Shown here: piece after piece, positions 1-9,518 of the stretch
Layout: every line of letters begins with the position of its first letter
How positions within the stretch are numbered: position 1 is the stretch's first letter
DNA from: Nitrososphaeria archaeon
Lineage (GTDB): Archaea > Thermoproteota > Nitrososphaeria > Geothermarchaeales > JDFR-13
Length of the DNA stretch: 64,000 nucleotides
Assembly: GCA_027078545.1 (NCBI GenBank)
Contig: JALWXN010000004.1
Location: forward strand, 608,001 to 672,000
Reading direction: 5' to 3'
Translations under genes and position numbers: made by a program
The notes under the pieces: model-generated
Databases searched by the model: none
The model's input: the letters and a program-made list of their open reading frames with translations, nothing else
What the model was told of the DNA's origin: nothing

Positions 1-490
1 AAATAGGCTCAAGGGTGGGGTCGACGGCCTAACCATAGGCGTTTTGGGAGACCTGAAGTATGGGAGGGCGGCGGCCTCCTTCATACTGGGACTCACCCTC
101 TACAAGCCGGGGAGGATAGTCCTGATAAGCCCTGAGGAGCTCCGCCTCAAGAGTGAGGTTCGGGACTACCTAGACTCTAGAGGTGTCGAGTATTTAGAGA
201 CGAGTAGCTTGAGGGACGTGGTGCCGGAGCTGGATGTACTGTATGTGACCAGGATTCAGAAGGAGCGTTTCCCAGACCCCCTCGAGTATGAGAGGGTTCG
301 GGGCAGCTACCGGGTAGACCTCGAGGCGTTGAGTGGGGCTAAGGAGGATCTAATTATTCTCCACCCCCTCCCCAGGGTCGATGAGATAGCTGTCGAGGTC
401 GATGACACCCCCTATGCGAAGTATTTCCTCCAGGCTAGGTATGGGGTCTATATCCGTATGGCTCTGCTCAAGCTCGTCATGGGTGTATAG
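1..490 (+). CDS. pyrB: Aspartate carbamoyltransferase catalytic subunit (5'-truncated by window edge)
   Basis: Frame open from base 2 ([22 protein letters not shown]); motifs [21 protein letters not shown]; directly followed by pyrI. Confidence 0.96.
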   Translation, partial: NRLKGGVDGLTIGVLGDLKYGRAAASFILGLTLYKPGRIVLISPEELRLKSEVRDYLDSRGVEYLETSSLRDVVPELDVLYVTRIQKERFPDPLEYERVRGSYRVDLEALSGAKEDLIILHPLPRVDEIAVEVDDTPYAKYFLQARYGVYIRMALLKLVMGV

Positions 491-492
491 AG

Positions 493-972
493 ATGGATGT
501 GGAGAATGGTATCCTGGTTAGGAAGATTAGGATGGGTACCGTGATAGACCATATACCACCTGGGAGGGCATTCATCGTCCTCCGCCTACTAGGCCTCCAC
601 CAGGAGCCTAGGAATAGGCTGGCCGTGATCGTGAACACGGATAGTAGGAAGCTGGGTAGGAAGGACATAATCAAGGTTGAGGGGATTCATATTAGGGGTG
701 AGACCCTAAACAAGATAGCTCTCGTAGCCCCCGAAGCCACGGTCAACTATGTAGAGGGGTATAGGGTAGTGGAGAAGTTTAAGGTCCGCCTACCCGATGA
801 GGTCGTAGGCGTCGTTAGGTGCTCAAACCCTAGATGCATATCCAACAGCCCAAGGGAGCATATCACGCCTAGGCTAGAGGTTGTTAGGCCATCCCCACTT
901 AGGCTTAGATGCATATACTGTGAGCGATACACTGATTATGAAGACGTGATCAAACATTTCTTTGAGACATGA
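493..972 (+). CDS. pyrI: Aspartate carbamoyltransferase regulatory subunit
   Basis: GTVIDHI, KLGRKDIIKVE, Zn ligands CSNPRC...CIYCE. Confidence 0.96.
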   Translation: MDVENGILVRKIRMGTVIDHIPPGRAFIVLRLLGLHQEPRNRLAVIVNTDSRKLGRKDIIKVEGIHIRGETLNKIALVAPEATVNYVEGYRVVEKFKVRLPDEVVGVVRCSNPRCISNSPREHITPRLEVVRPSPLRLRCIYCERYTDYEDVIKHFFET

Positions 973-2207
973 TCATATACGGCAAGGCATTCATAGAGGG
1001 TGGCGTCGTAGAGGCGTATATCAAGGTTGAGGACGGGGTCATAACCGGGATATCGAAGACCCTGGGACATGGTGAGAAGGTTGACCACGACTATATGAGG
1101 TGTGGACACCTAATACTCCCCGGCTTCATAGACATCCATACCCATATGAGGGACTTTGAGGAGAGTTATAAGGAGGACTTCTCAACCGGGACGATGGCTG
1201 CTGCGGCCGGCGGCGTCACGGTAGTGTTCGACATGCCCAACACGAGGCCTAGGAACAATACCCTAGCGGCTCTGGAGTGGAGGGATGACGTAGCGAATTC
1301 CAAGGCGTATGTCGACTATGGCATCATATACGGCGTCCCGAGGGATCTGGACGACCTGTTCGGCTATGAGGAGAGGGCTGTAGCCATGAAGGTATATCCA
1401 GACGACTTCGCAGAGAATAGCCTAGACCATATGAGCGACGTACTTATCTACAACTATGCCAAGGGTATCCCCACGATATTCCATGCGGAGGAGCCTAGGG
1501 GATATAGGGAGGGCAGGAAAGACCTATCGCTTGAGGTGGATTGGACGAGGTATGTAGCGGAATACACTAGCCAGATAGGTGTACAGACCCATATAACCCA
1601 TGTAACGTGTTGTAGCGTGGTTGATGAGGTCAGGGAGCTTAATCCTAGGGCGACTATAGACGTGACTCCCCATCACATAATGCTTAGTAGTGAGGATCTC
1701 CCACCGCCATATGGGAATGTGAGGCCTCCCCTCAGGAGCCGGGAATGTGTTGAGTGCCTCCTGAGAGACCTTGTATACGGCAGGGTAGACATGGTGGCTA
1801 CTGATCATGCCCCCCATACATGGGAGGAGAAGATGGATGGGGCGAATGGGTTCCCGGGGCTGGAGACCGCCTTCCCAATACTATCCACCCTACGGTATAG
1901 GGGCTTCATATCAGTCAGCGATATCGTGAGGCTCTACTCCTATAGACCTGCGGAGAGGTTCGGTCTTATAGATAGGTATGGAGCGATCAGGGAGGGTAGG
2001 TATGGGAGCCTAGTCGTGGTGGATCTAAACAGGGAGTATCGTATCGACCCATCCAAGTTCTTCTCAAAGGCTAGGCATAGCCCCTTCAAGGATATGGAGG
2101 TTAGGGGGGCAGTTGTAGCCACATTCGTGAGGGGTGAGCCTGTATACCTAGACGGCGAGATAGTGGGTGTGAAGGGGTATGGAGAGAATGTTAGGAGGCT
2201 GCTGTAA
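969..2207 (+). CDS. pyrC: Dihydroorotase
   Basis: PGFIDIHTHMR, AAAAGGVT..DMPNT, PPLR, ATDHAPH; pyr operon context. Confidence 0.93.
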   Translation: MIIYGKAFIEGGVVEAYIKVEDGVITGISKTLGHGEKVDHDYMRCGHLILPGFIDIHTHMRDFEESYKEDFSTGTMAAAAGGVTVVFDMPNTRPRNNTLAALEWRDDVANSKAYVDYGIIYGVPRDLDDLFGYEERAVAMKVYPDDFAENSLDHMSDVLIYNYAKGIPTIFHAEEPRGYREGRKDLSLEVDWTRYVAEYTSQIGVQTHITHVTCCSVVDEVRELNPRATIDVTPHHIMLSSEDLPPPYGNVRPPLRSRECVECLLRDLVYGRVDMVATDHAPHTWEEKMDGANGFPGLETAFPILSTLRYRGFISVSDIVRLYSYRPAERFGLIDRYGAIREGRYGSLVVVDLNREYRIDPSKFFSKARHSPFKDMEVRGAVVATFVRGEPVYLDGEIVGVKGYGENVRRLL

Positions 2208-2943
2208 AGATAGTCTTTACCAAGAGGCCGTCGTGACTAGGGTCGACCGGAGGGGGGATGTGGCCAACCTATACCTAGACATATCCCTAGAAACCATTCC
2301 TGGCCAGTTCGTGATGGTCTGGCTACCCGGGCTGGAGGAGGTGCCCATGGCCCCATCCGACGATGACCCCCTCAGGATCACGGTTAAGGCTGTGGGGAGG
2401 ACCACTAGGAGGCTGGTTGGGATGGAGGCTGGGGATAGGCTCTATATCCGGGGGCCCTATGGGAGGGGATTCACACTGAGGAGTGGTAGGCCCCTATTGG
2501 TTGGAGGGGGTGTAGGTGCTGCCCCCCTCATACTGCTTGCTAAGAAGCTTGCAGAGATGGGTGTTGAGGGTGTATATGTCGAGGGGCAGCCAACAGGGGA
2601 TATGGAGCTCTTCATAGGGGAGGCTCTAGAGCTGGGGTGGGAAGCCATACTCTACACAGAGGATGGGTCGATGGGTCATAAGGGGTTCCCCACACAGTAT
2701 GTAGAGGAGAACCTAGGGGGCTTCACAGGTATATATGCCTGTGGCCCAGAGCCGATGAATAGGGCGGTTCTCAGGCTGTGTAGAGATGGTATTCCCTGTG
2801 AAGTCTCTATGGAGAGGGTAGTCAAGTGTGGAGTGGGTGTCTGCGGCTCATGCGTGATAGAGGGGACTGGGCTCCTAGTCTGTCTAGACGGCCCCGTGTT
2901 TAGGGCTGATGAGCTGATTAGGAGGGGGTATCCAGGTGGCTAG
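2179..2943 (+). CDS. pyrK: Dihydroorotate dehydrogenase electron transfer subunit
   Basis: PGQFVMVW, RGPYGRGF, GGGVGAAP, ACGPEPM, 2Fe-2S CGVGVCGSC..C; exact start uncertain. Confidence 0.92.
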   Translation: MERMLGGCCKDSLYQEAVVTRVDRRGDVANLYLDISLETIPGQFVMVWLPGLEEVPMAPSDDDPLRITVKAVGRTTRRLVGMEAGDRLYIRGPYGRGFTLRSGRPLLVGGGVGAAPLILLAKKLAEMGVEGVYVEGQPTGDMELFIGEALELGWEAILYTEDGSMGHKGFPTQYVEENLGGFTGIYACGPEPMNRAVLRLCRDGIPCEVSMERVVKCGVGVCGSCVIEGTGLLVCLDGPVFRADELIRRGYPGG

Positions 2944-3841
2944 GGATCTATCCACGAGGCTGGGTAGTCTATCGCTGAGGAACCCGTTGGTACTTGCCTC
3001 TGGCTTCATAGGTAGTGATGAGAGCCTATTGAGAAGAGCCTGGGAAGCAGGTTTTGGAGCTGTGACCACGAAGAGCCTGACCCCGAGGCCCCGTAAGGGC
3101 TACGACCCACCTATAGTCGTGGATCTCGGCTATGGCTATTTGAACGCGGTCGGCCTGGCAAACCCTGGGATAGAGTATCTTCCCAGGCTATTATCACTAC
3201 TCCCGGAGGACGCCGTGGTCATACTCAGTATTGCGGGGGCTACTCCGGATGACTTCCGCCGCTGTGCAGAGATCGGTGTAGAGAATAATGTCGACGCTGT
3301 AGAGCTGAACCTCAGCTGCCCCCATGTGAAGGGGATGGGGATGGATATCGTTGAGGATGTGGGCTACTCCCTAGAGATCATCGAGGAGGTGGTCTCCCTA
3401 GGTAGGCCTGTATATGTCAAGCTGGGCCTCACCGACACGTACCTGGAGCTTGTGGCTAGGAGCCTGGACAAGGGGGTGGAGGGCTTCACAGTCATGAATA
3501 CTGTGAGGGGGTTGGCCATAGATATCGAGAGTGGATGGCCCATACTAAGCAATGTATATGGCGGGCTAAGCGGCCCCGCGATACACCCAATAGCCCTCAG
3601 GATGGTCCACGAGATCTACGGCGAGTATAGAGTCCCGATCATCGGGACTGGCGGTGTGACGAGCTGGCGCGAGGCGGTAGCGATGCTCTACGCCGGGGCA
3701 TCCGCAGTGGGTATAGGCTCATACCTCTTCAACCGGAAAGTGGAGGCTATAGGGGATATCCTCAAGGGTATCGAGCATCATATGGAGAGGAAGGGCTTCA
3801 AAGACATCGCCTCAATGGTGGGGTATAGCCACCATAGATAG
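2936..3841 (+). CDS. pyrD: Dihydroorotate dehydrogenase family 1B catalytic subunit
   Basis: NPLVLASG, NAVGLANPG, ELNLSCPH, GGLSGPAIHP. Confidence 0.95.
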   Translation: MARDLSTRLGSLSLRNPLVLASGFIGSDESLLRRAWEAGFGAVTTKSLTPRPRKGYDPPIVVDLGYGYLNAVGLANPGIEYLPRLLSLLPEDAVVILSIAGATPDDFRRCAEIGVENNVDAVELNLSCPHVKGMGMDIVEDVGYSLEIIEEVVSLGRPVYVKLGLTDTYLELVARSLDKGVEGFTVMNTVRGLAIDIESGWPILSNVYGGLSGPAIHPIALRMVHEIYGEYRVPIIGTGGVTSWREAVAMLYAGASAVGIGSYLFNRKVEAIGDILKGIEHHMERKGFKDIASMVGYSHHR

Positions 3842-3865
3842 AGAGGTGGTGTATGTCTAGGAGTG

Positions 3866-3896
3866 ATATTTAAATACTTCTAATACATTTAAATAT
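3866..3896 (+). promoter_or_regulatory. vapBC promoter/operator: perfect 10-bp inverted repeat ATATTTAAAT-N11-ATTTAAATAT containing a TATA box
   Basis: TTTAAA lies ~30 nt before the antitoxin ATG (3903); inverted repeat is typical of TA autorepression. Confidence 0.65.
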
Positions 3897-3902
3897 TTCG
3901 CA

Positions 3903-4136
3903 ATGAGTAGGACTCGGGTCGTGACTGTGAGTATTGATGAGGAGCTCTATGAGAGGCTTAAGGAGTATGCTAGGAGGAGATATGGGGGTGGAAAGGGCTC
4001 TATAAAGAAGGCTCTGGAGGAGTTTATCAGGAGTGGGCTTGAGGGCTCTACTGACGACCTTCTTAGGAGGCTTGAGAGGGGCTATAGGCTGGGAGGCCCA
4101 CTTTCTAGGGACGAGATCTATGGTGAGAGGTCTTGA
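3903..4136 (+). CDS. Ribbon-helix-helix antitoxin (VapB-like)
   Basis: 77 aa; VVTVSIDEELYERLKEYA RHH pattern; C-terminal LSRDEIY; overlaps PIN gene. Confidence 0.85.
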   Translation: MSRTRVVTVSIDEELYERLKEYARRRYGGGKGSIKKALEEFIRSGLEGSTDDLLRRLERGYRLGGPLSRDEIYGERS

Positions 4137-4543
4137 TAGGGATAGATACGAACATACTCTTCTACTCCCTGGATAATAGTGATGTGGAGAAGCATAGGGT
4201 GGCGGTTAGGATAGTTAGGGATATTCTTGAGCATCCGGGTAGGTACTCAGTATCCCTACAGGTCTTGGGTGAGCTTGCATATACCCTGCATAGGAAGGCT
4301 GGGGGAGAGGCTTTGGAGACGGGTCTAGAGCTGATCGACCGTATCCTACGGATCCCAGTCTCTAAGCCGGTCTATGGGGAGGTTGAGATCCGCCTATCCC
4401 TTAGGCACCGTAGGTTCTGGGACGCCCTCCTAGCCTACACCTACCTCAACGCTGGGTGTACAAAGGTCTATACAGAGAATATCGGGGATATGCCCAGGAT
4501 AGGTGGGCTTGAGTACGTTGATCCATTCAAGGAGGGGGTCTAG
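4133..4543 (+). CDS. vapC: PIN-domain toxin (VapC)
   Basis: IGIDTNIL, VLGEL, FWDALL, YTEN acidic PIN residues. Confidence 0.88.
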   Translation: MIGIDTNILFYSLDNSDVEKHRVAVRIVRDILEHPGRYSVSLQVLGELAYTLHRKAGGEALETGLELIDRILRIPVSKPVYGEVEIRLSLRHRRFWDALLAYTYLNAGCTKVYTENIGDMPRIGGLEYVDPFKEGV

Positions 4544-5397
4544 AGGAGCCTAGAGATTATCAATCCTGTGTAGAGAAGGGCTAATGTCGGACTTGATATC
4601 TTAAAGCTCCTCCACGCAGTCTCCTCATCCAGCCTCCTATAGATGATGTAGGATGCGTAGACCAATAGGGCCGTCGATACATATGCAGTTACTTGGTATG
4701 GATAGGCGGTTATGTACATCGTTGACACTACTATTGCCGCTGCTGTGAGTAGGTAGAACAGTATTATCATCCTCTTTGTATACACGGGATCCTTTACCGA
4801 TGGTAGCATGGGGAGGCCCACCCTGCTGTACTCCTCTCTAACCCTGTAGGCCAGGCTCCAGAAGTGGCCGGGTGTCCAGAGGAATACTATGAGGGCTAGT
4901 ATTATCGGCTCGATGGATAGTGGCTTCCCAGCGGCTAGCCAGCCTGTTATAGTGGGCATAGAGCCTGCCCAGCCACCTATCACGGTGTTCCATATCGTCC
5001 TCTTCTTGAGGATGACGGTGTATATCACCACGTAGTAGAGCCCACCTATCAGGGCTGCGAGGGCGGCCCATGGGTTGAAGATCCATAGGAAGAGCCCTGT
5101 CCCGAGTATTAGCCATGTAATCCCGAGGATTATCGCCTGTCCAGGCATGATGGCCCCTTGTGGTATTGGTCTAAGGCTCGTCCTCCTCATGAGCCTGTCT
5201 ATGTCCCTATCGATATAGCTGTTCAGGGCGTTGGATCCGAAGACGGTCAGCACGCCTGCTATGAGGAAGAGGGCTATATATAGTGGGTCGAGGGTCTCAG
5301 CCGCATAGATATAGGTGGCTATAGCTGTGTAGACGAGTAGCCAGGTTATCCTCGGCTTACCCAGCCGTATAATATCTGCTAGTGTCGGCATCCCCAC
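4540..5397 (-). CDS. ctaB: Protoheme IX farnesyltransferase (heme O synthase)
   Basis: KPRI, DRDIDRLMRRTSLRPIP, LKKRT..NTVIGG, WTPGHFWSLA. Confidence 0.95.
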   Translation of the reverse strand: MGMPTLADIIRLGKPRITWLLVYTAIATYIYAAETLDPLYIALFLIAGVLTVFGSNALNSYIDRDIDRLMRRTSLRPIPQGAIMPGQAIILGITWLILGTGLFLWIFNPWAALAALIGGLYYVVIYTVILKKRTIWNTVIGGWAGSMPTITGWLAAGKPLSIEPIILALIVFLWTPGHFWSLAYRVREEYSRVGLPMLPSVKDPVYTKRMIILFYLLTAAAIVVSTMYITAYPYQVTAYVSTALLVYASYIIYRRLDEETAWRSFKISSPTLALLYTGLIISRLL

Positions 5398-5407
5398 TCC
5401 CCATAGA

Positions 5408-5866
5408 CTACCTCCTCATTGATAGTGTGGCCAGCACGACCGAGGCGGCGAAGGTGGCCGATGCAACGGCCAGGTGTGTAGCTGATAGGAAGGGGTCTAG
5501 ATGGGTGGCCACTACGTACATCCCTATGGTTATCTGTATGAGGAGGAGTGTGTCCACTGCTATCAGTGCCAGCAGTAGTGGCTTGTCATGCCTATATCTG
5601 GCTAGAATGTAAATAGTGGCTCCAAGGGCGACCCAGCCGGTTAGGAAGGCTATTATCCTGTGGAAATACTCTAGGAATACCCTCATATCTGTGAAGAGGT
5701 CTGGAGGGATTAGGTATCCATTACAGAGTGGCCAGTCGGGGCCACAGCCCATACCCGCTCCATATGCTCTTACATAGCCTCCCCAGGCTATGGCTAGGAA
5801 TATCATCCCTGCATATGTGAGGGTAAGTATCTTTAGGGTTCTGGTTCCCCCACTCATCCTCATCAA
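5408..5866 (-). CDS. ctaA: Heme A synthase, half-size (4-TM) COX15/CtaA type
   Basis: GMGCGPDWPLCNG, EYFHR, QITIG, ATHL; adjacent to ctaB. Confidence 0.9.
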   Translation of the reverse strand: MMRMSGGTRTLKILTLTYAGMIFLAIAWGGYVRAYGAGMGCGPDWPLCNGYLIPPDLFTDMRVFLEYFHRIIAFLTGWVALGATIYILARYRHDKPLLLALIAVDTLLLIQITIGMYVVATHLDPFLSATHLAVASATFAASVVLATLSMRR

Positions 5867-5984
5867 CTATAACACTGTGATAAGTCTTATAAGGAATGGT
5901 ATGGTTTGGTATTTCCCCGGCTATACATTAGGACTCTCTATTAACTCTTAGTCAGAGCCTATTATTATGGTGTTGGTGGTCTTG

Positions 5985-6515
5985 ATGTCTCTTTATACGG
6001 GAAAGGGTGATAGGGGGGAGACCTTCTGCTTCATATTCGGGAGGTACATACCTAAGGATCACCCAGCCATAGAGTTCCTAGGTACCCTCGACGAGGCCAA
6101 CTCGATACTTGGGGTCGCCCTAACACACATACCTAGCGAGGGCTTCGATGACCTCCGGGGGGACATAGTTAGGCTCCAGAGGCTACTATTCAGAATCGGG
6201 TTCACAGTATCTGGGAAGCCATCCGTATCGGAGAGCGACCTTAGTTGGGCGGAGGAGAGGACTGACCACTACTACTCTAAATACCCCCTTAAACACTTCA
6301 TCCTCCCAGGTGGCCCCGGGGGAGCCGCATATCTCCACCTTGCGAGGACTGTTCTCCGGAGGTGTGAGAGGAGGTTTATAACCATGGCTAGGGAGGTGGA
6401 GCTTGAACATAGGGATCTACTCATGAAGATACTTAACAGGCTCAGCGACCTGGTCTTCGCCATGGCCCTCTACCTGGCTGGGGAGCTGGGCTACGAGAAT
6501 CCAAGGGCCGTCTAG
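5985..6515 (+). CDS. PduO-type ATP:cob(I)alamin adenosyltransferase
   Basis: YTGKGDRGET, GTLDEANS, FILPGG, ARTVLRRCER, LNRLSD; start at 5985 preferred over 5967. Confidence 0.92.
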   Translation: MSLYTGKGDRGETFCFIFGRYIPKDHPAIEFLGTLDEANSILGVALTHIPSEGFDDLRGDIVRLQRLLFRIGFTVSGKPSVSESDLSWAEERTDHYYSKYPLKHFILPGGPGGAAYLHLARTVLRRCERRFITMAREVELEHRDLLMKILNRLSDLVFAMALYLAGELGYENPRAV

Positions 6516-6535
6516 GCCGTTAGAGCTGGGTAGCG

Positions 6536-8047
6536 ATGGCGTTGGAATCAATTGATAGGGGGATAAAGGTCCCGCTTATATTCAACCTGGTGTTCTCTGT
6601 CTCACTCGTTTTACTCACATTTATCCACCTGGTTATAGTTGCTAGGACTCTGCCGGGGGCGGATCTACTGGTATATGGCGGTGTGTCCACCCTCTACAAT
6701 ATACTGGCTCTCCTAACGACTAGGCATCTACAGTGGGGGGCTAGGAGCTATGTAAGGGAGGGCCCTAGACTCATCGGTGAATATAGGGGGCTCACCACGG
6801 TGTCAATCCTCGCCTTTATATCTATCCCACTCCCTGTGGTGCATCTTTTCATAAGGCCTCTAGACCCTATGTGGATAGCCGCCCTGGTCCTAGACTCCCT
6901 AGCCACTACATACTTCTACAGCTTCATACAGATCCTAAACATAGTCGCCCCCAGGTACTACTCACTGGTATTCTCCTCGAACTACCTCTTCAGAGTGGCC
7001 TATATCGCCTCGATCCTCTACCTGGGTGGGAGGCTCACGGCTATTGACGCAGTCCTAGCGGACGCTGTTGGTATGGGGCTCTCCACGCTCATGATGATAC
7101 TCCTCGTAGGCGGGGCTATACCCTTTAGTCTCCTAGTACCGTCGAGACCGGGTATAGAGTCTCTATGGAAGAATCTCCGCCTCGCGGTCGCCCAGTTCAT
7201 CCTGCTCCCTAGGTCTAACCAGCCTAGTATCCAGTACTTCATAGCCTTCTTCCTACGTATCGGGGAGGCCCTTGTAAACAGTCTATGGATAGTCTTCAAG
7301 ATACTTGCCTGGGGGAGGAGCTTCTTCAGGGGGTTCTTCGCAGTCATATATTCACGCCAGTTCTATGGTGGTGTTGATAAGAGGGTGTTCACCGAGTACA
7401 TCGACTTCATACTCTACATCTTGACACCCATCCTCACATCCTCCCTATACCTACACAGGCCTATACTCAGCATCTTCAGGCCTGAGTATATCGAGTATTC
7501 ATACCTCGTCCCACTAGCCGTCCTACTACTCATCCTAGAGGTGGTTAGGATCTCACTAATCAGGCTTGCATTCGGCGGGGACAGGATAGATATAGACGAG
7601 TTTGAGGGCGTGCCCAAAGGACTCTTCTACAGGGTATCCAGCCTCGAGCTCCGCTTCTTCCTACTCTTCATCACCCCCGCCATCGCCGGGTCGTACCTCC
7701 TCCTGGTCATGGGGATGCCTATACTGATACCACTCCTACTCCTAGGCCTCCTACTTGTCCAGCTGGTTCTGGAGGTAGTGCTGATCTATAGGTTCCTCTC
7801 TCCAAGGCTTGGGATAGCCTACTCCTCTGTTAACCCCGTCCTATTCCTACTGGTGTCCCTAGCTATGCTCCCGCTCTACCTCTACCTGGGTACTGGTGAG
7901 CTCCTCGTCAGGGATATATTTGTGGAGGGCCCCGTCCTACTGCTACACCTTATCCTGGGCTATGCCCTATACTTCCTACTAAGCCTCTCCATCCCCTGGG
8001 TTAGGAGGCATGTCAAGATACTTCTAAGCGGGGTGTTGGGTGGGTAG
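6536..8047 (+). CDS. Polytopic membrane protein, possibly MOP-superfamily flippase-like
   Basis: ~12-14 hydrophobic segments over 503 aa; no decisive motif. Confidence 0.5.
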   Translation: MALESIDRGIKVPLIFNLVFSVSLVLLTFIHLVIVARTLPGADLLVYGGVSTLYNILALLTTRHLQWGARSYVREGPRLIGEYRGLTTVSILAFISIPLPVVHLFIRPLDPMWIAALVLDSLATTYFYSFIQILNIVAPRYYSLVFSSNYLFRVAYIASILYLGGRLTAIDAVLADAVGMGLSTLMMILLVGGAIPFSLLVPSRPGIESLWKNLRLAVAQFILLPRSNQPSIQYFIAFFLRIGEALVNSLWIVFKILAWGRSFFRGFFAVIYSRQFYGGVDKRVFTEYIDFILYILTPILTSSLYLHRPILSIFRPEYIEYSYLVPLAVLLLILEVVRISLIRLAFGGDRIDIDEFEGVPKGLFYRVSSLELRFFLLFITPAIAGSYLLLVMGMPILIPLLLLGLLLVQLVLEVVLIYRFLSPRLGIAYSSVNPVLFLLVSLAMLPLYLYLGTGELLVRDIFVEGPVLLLHLILGYALYFLLSLSIPWVRRHVKILLSGVLGG

Positions 8048-8090
8048 TGTATAGACCTATTAAGTGGGGCCGCCCTATATTTTCCTGGCC

Positions 8091-8666
8091 ATGTCAGAGG
8101 CACAGCTGGGTGGTAAGGATCTAGGTCTGAACGAGATTAGTAGGAAGATATATGAGTTTATGTCCAACGTCCTAGGTGTCAGGGCCTACGACGTTATGGA
8201 GCCCCCAGTCACCATCACGCCGGAGAAGAGCGTGACAGAGGCAGCCAAGATCATGGATGAGAATGATAGTGGAGCGGTTATAGTGGTCGATGAGAAGAGG
8301 AGTGTGAAGGGTATACTCACCTATCGAGACATCGTGACCAGGGTCGTTGCCAGGGAGCTTGATCCCCAGAAGGTGAGGGTGGGGGACGTCATGACTGAGC
8401 GTGTATACATGGCCCGTGTAGATGCTCCCCTAGACTATATAGCGGGGCTGATGATCAAGGAGGGTGTGAGGCGTATACCCATCGTAAATAGGATGGGTAG
8501 GCTGGTCGGGATAGTTGAGGCGAAGGACCTCCTAGGCGTCTTCGGGCTGCAGAGGGACTTGATGGTCAGGGTTATCTCCCTCCTAGAAACTGAGCTGGCC
8601 AAGCATGCTGAGGAGGCTAAGGAGAGGAGGAAGCAGGAGGATGAGGAGGGGGCTATGTATGTCTAG
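8091..8666 (+). CDS. CBS-domain pair protein
   Basis: DVMEPPVTITPE..AAKIM, GILTYRDIV, VGDVMT, RRIPIV..GIV. Confidence 0.88.
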   Translation: MSEAQLGGKDLGLNEISRKIYEFMSNVLGVRAYDVMEPPVTITPEKSVTEAAKIMDENDSGAVIVVDEKRSVKGILTYRDIVTRVVARELDPQKVRVGDVMTERVYMARVDAPLDYIAGLMIKEGVRRIPIVNRMGRLVGIVEAKDLLGVFGLQRDLMVRVISLLETELAKHAEEAKERRKQEDEEGAMYV

Positions 8667-8669
8667 CCC

Positions 8670-9164
8670 CTAGCCATCCCTATCCAGCTCCTCAAGAGCC
8701 GCCTTAAGCTTGTCGTAGGTATCGTAGAGAGACTCTACAATCACCTTGGTGTCGGCCAGTATGGGCATGAAGTTGGTATCCCCTATCCACCTCGGGACTA
8801 TATGGATGTGGTAGTGCTCCTCAATACCCGCTCCTGCGGCCCTACCTATGTTCGCCCCTATGTTGAAGCCCTGTGGATACATAGTCTTCCTAAGTATTCT
8901 GAGTGATAGCTTTACCAGCTCCGCTATGTCCAGCTCCTCCTCTGCGTCGAGCTCCTCGGGGGTCGGGGTGTGTCGGTAGGGGACCACCATTAGGTGTCCA
9001 TTGTTATAGGGATATCTATTCATGATTATGTAGCTGTGGTGGCTCCTGTAGAGGACGAGGTTATCCCTATCGTTATCCTCCTCGGCCACTCTGCAGAATA
9101 GGCAGCGCTTCTCCCGGGGCTTCTTGATATACTCCATCCGCCACGGGGCCCATAGACGCTTCAA
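8670..9164 (-). CDS. HIT family (Fhit-like) dinucleoside polyphosphate hydrolase
   Basis: LWAPWRMEYI, CLFC, NRYPYNNGHLMV, HYHIHIVPRW. Confidence 0.93.
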   Translation of the reverse strand: MKRLWAPWRMEYIKKPREKRCLFCRVAEEDNDRDNLVLYRSHHSYIIMNRYPYNNGHLMVVPYRHTPTPEELDAEEELDIAELVKLSLRILRKTMYPQGFNIGANIGRAAGAGIEEHYHIHIVPRWIGDTNFMPILADTKVIVESLYDTYDKLKAALEELDRDG

Positions 9165-9236
9165 TACTGGGCACCTCCAGGGGCTAAATATTTACATGGA
9201 TCCCCCGTAATATTAACTGGTGGAAGGGGGGAGCAG

Positions 9237-9518
9237 ATGAACCTAGGCTTTACAGAGCTGATCCTGATACTCATAGCCCTACTCATACTCGTGGGGCCGG
9301 ACCAGCTCCCCCAGATGGCAAGGACACTGGGTAAGTACTACGCCGAGCTAAACAGGTATAGGAGGGAGCTCGAGGAGGAGTTTAGGAAGGGTTTGGAGGA
9401 GGTTGAGAAGCCTGTAAAGGACGTTGCAGAGGAGGTTAGGAGGACTACCCGTGAGGTTGTGGAGCCGCCTATGGAGAGGCGGGGGAGAGGGTCTAGCAAC
9501 GGGAAAGATGGGAGATGA
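9237..9518 (+). CDS. tatA: Tat translocase subunit TatA/TatB
   Basis: MNLGFTELILILIALLILVGPDQLP..ARTLGK; overlaps tatC. Confidence 0.88.
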   Translation: MNLGFTELILILIALLILVGPDQLPQMARTLGKYYAELNRYRRELEEEFRKGLEEVEKPVKDVAEEVRRTTREVVEPPMERRGRGSSNGKDGR

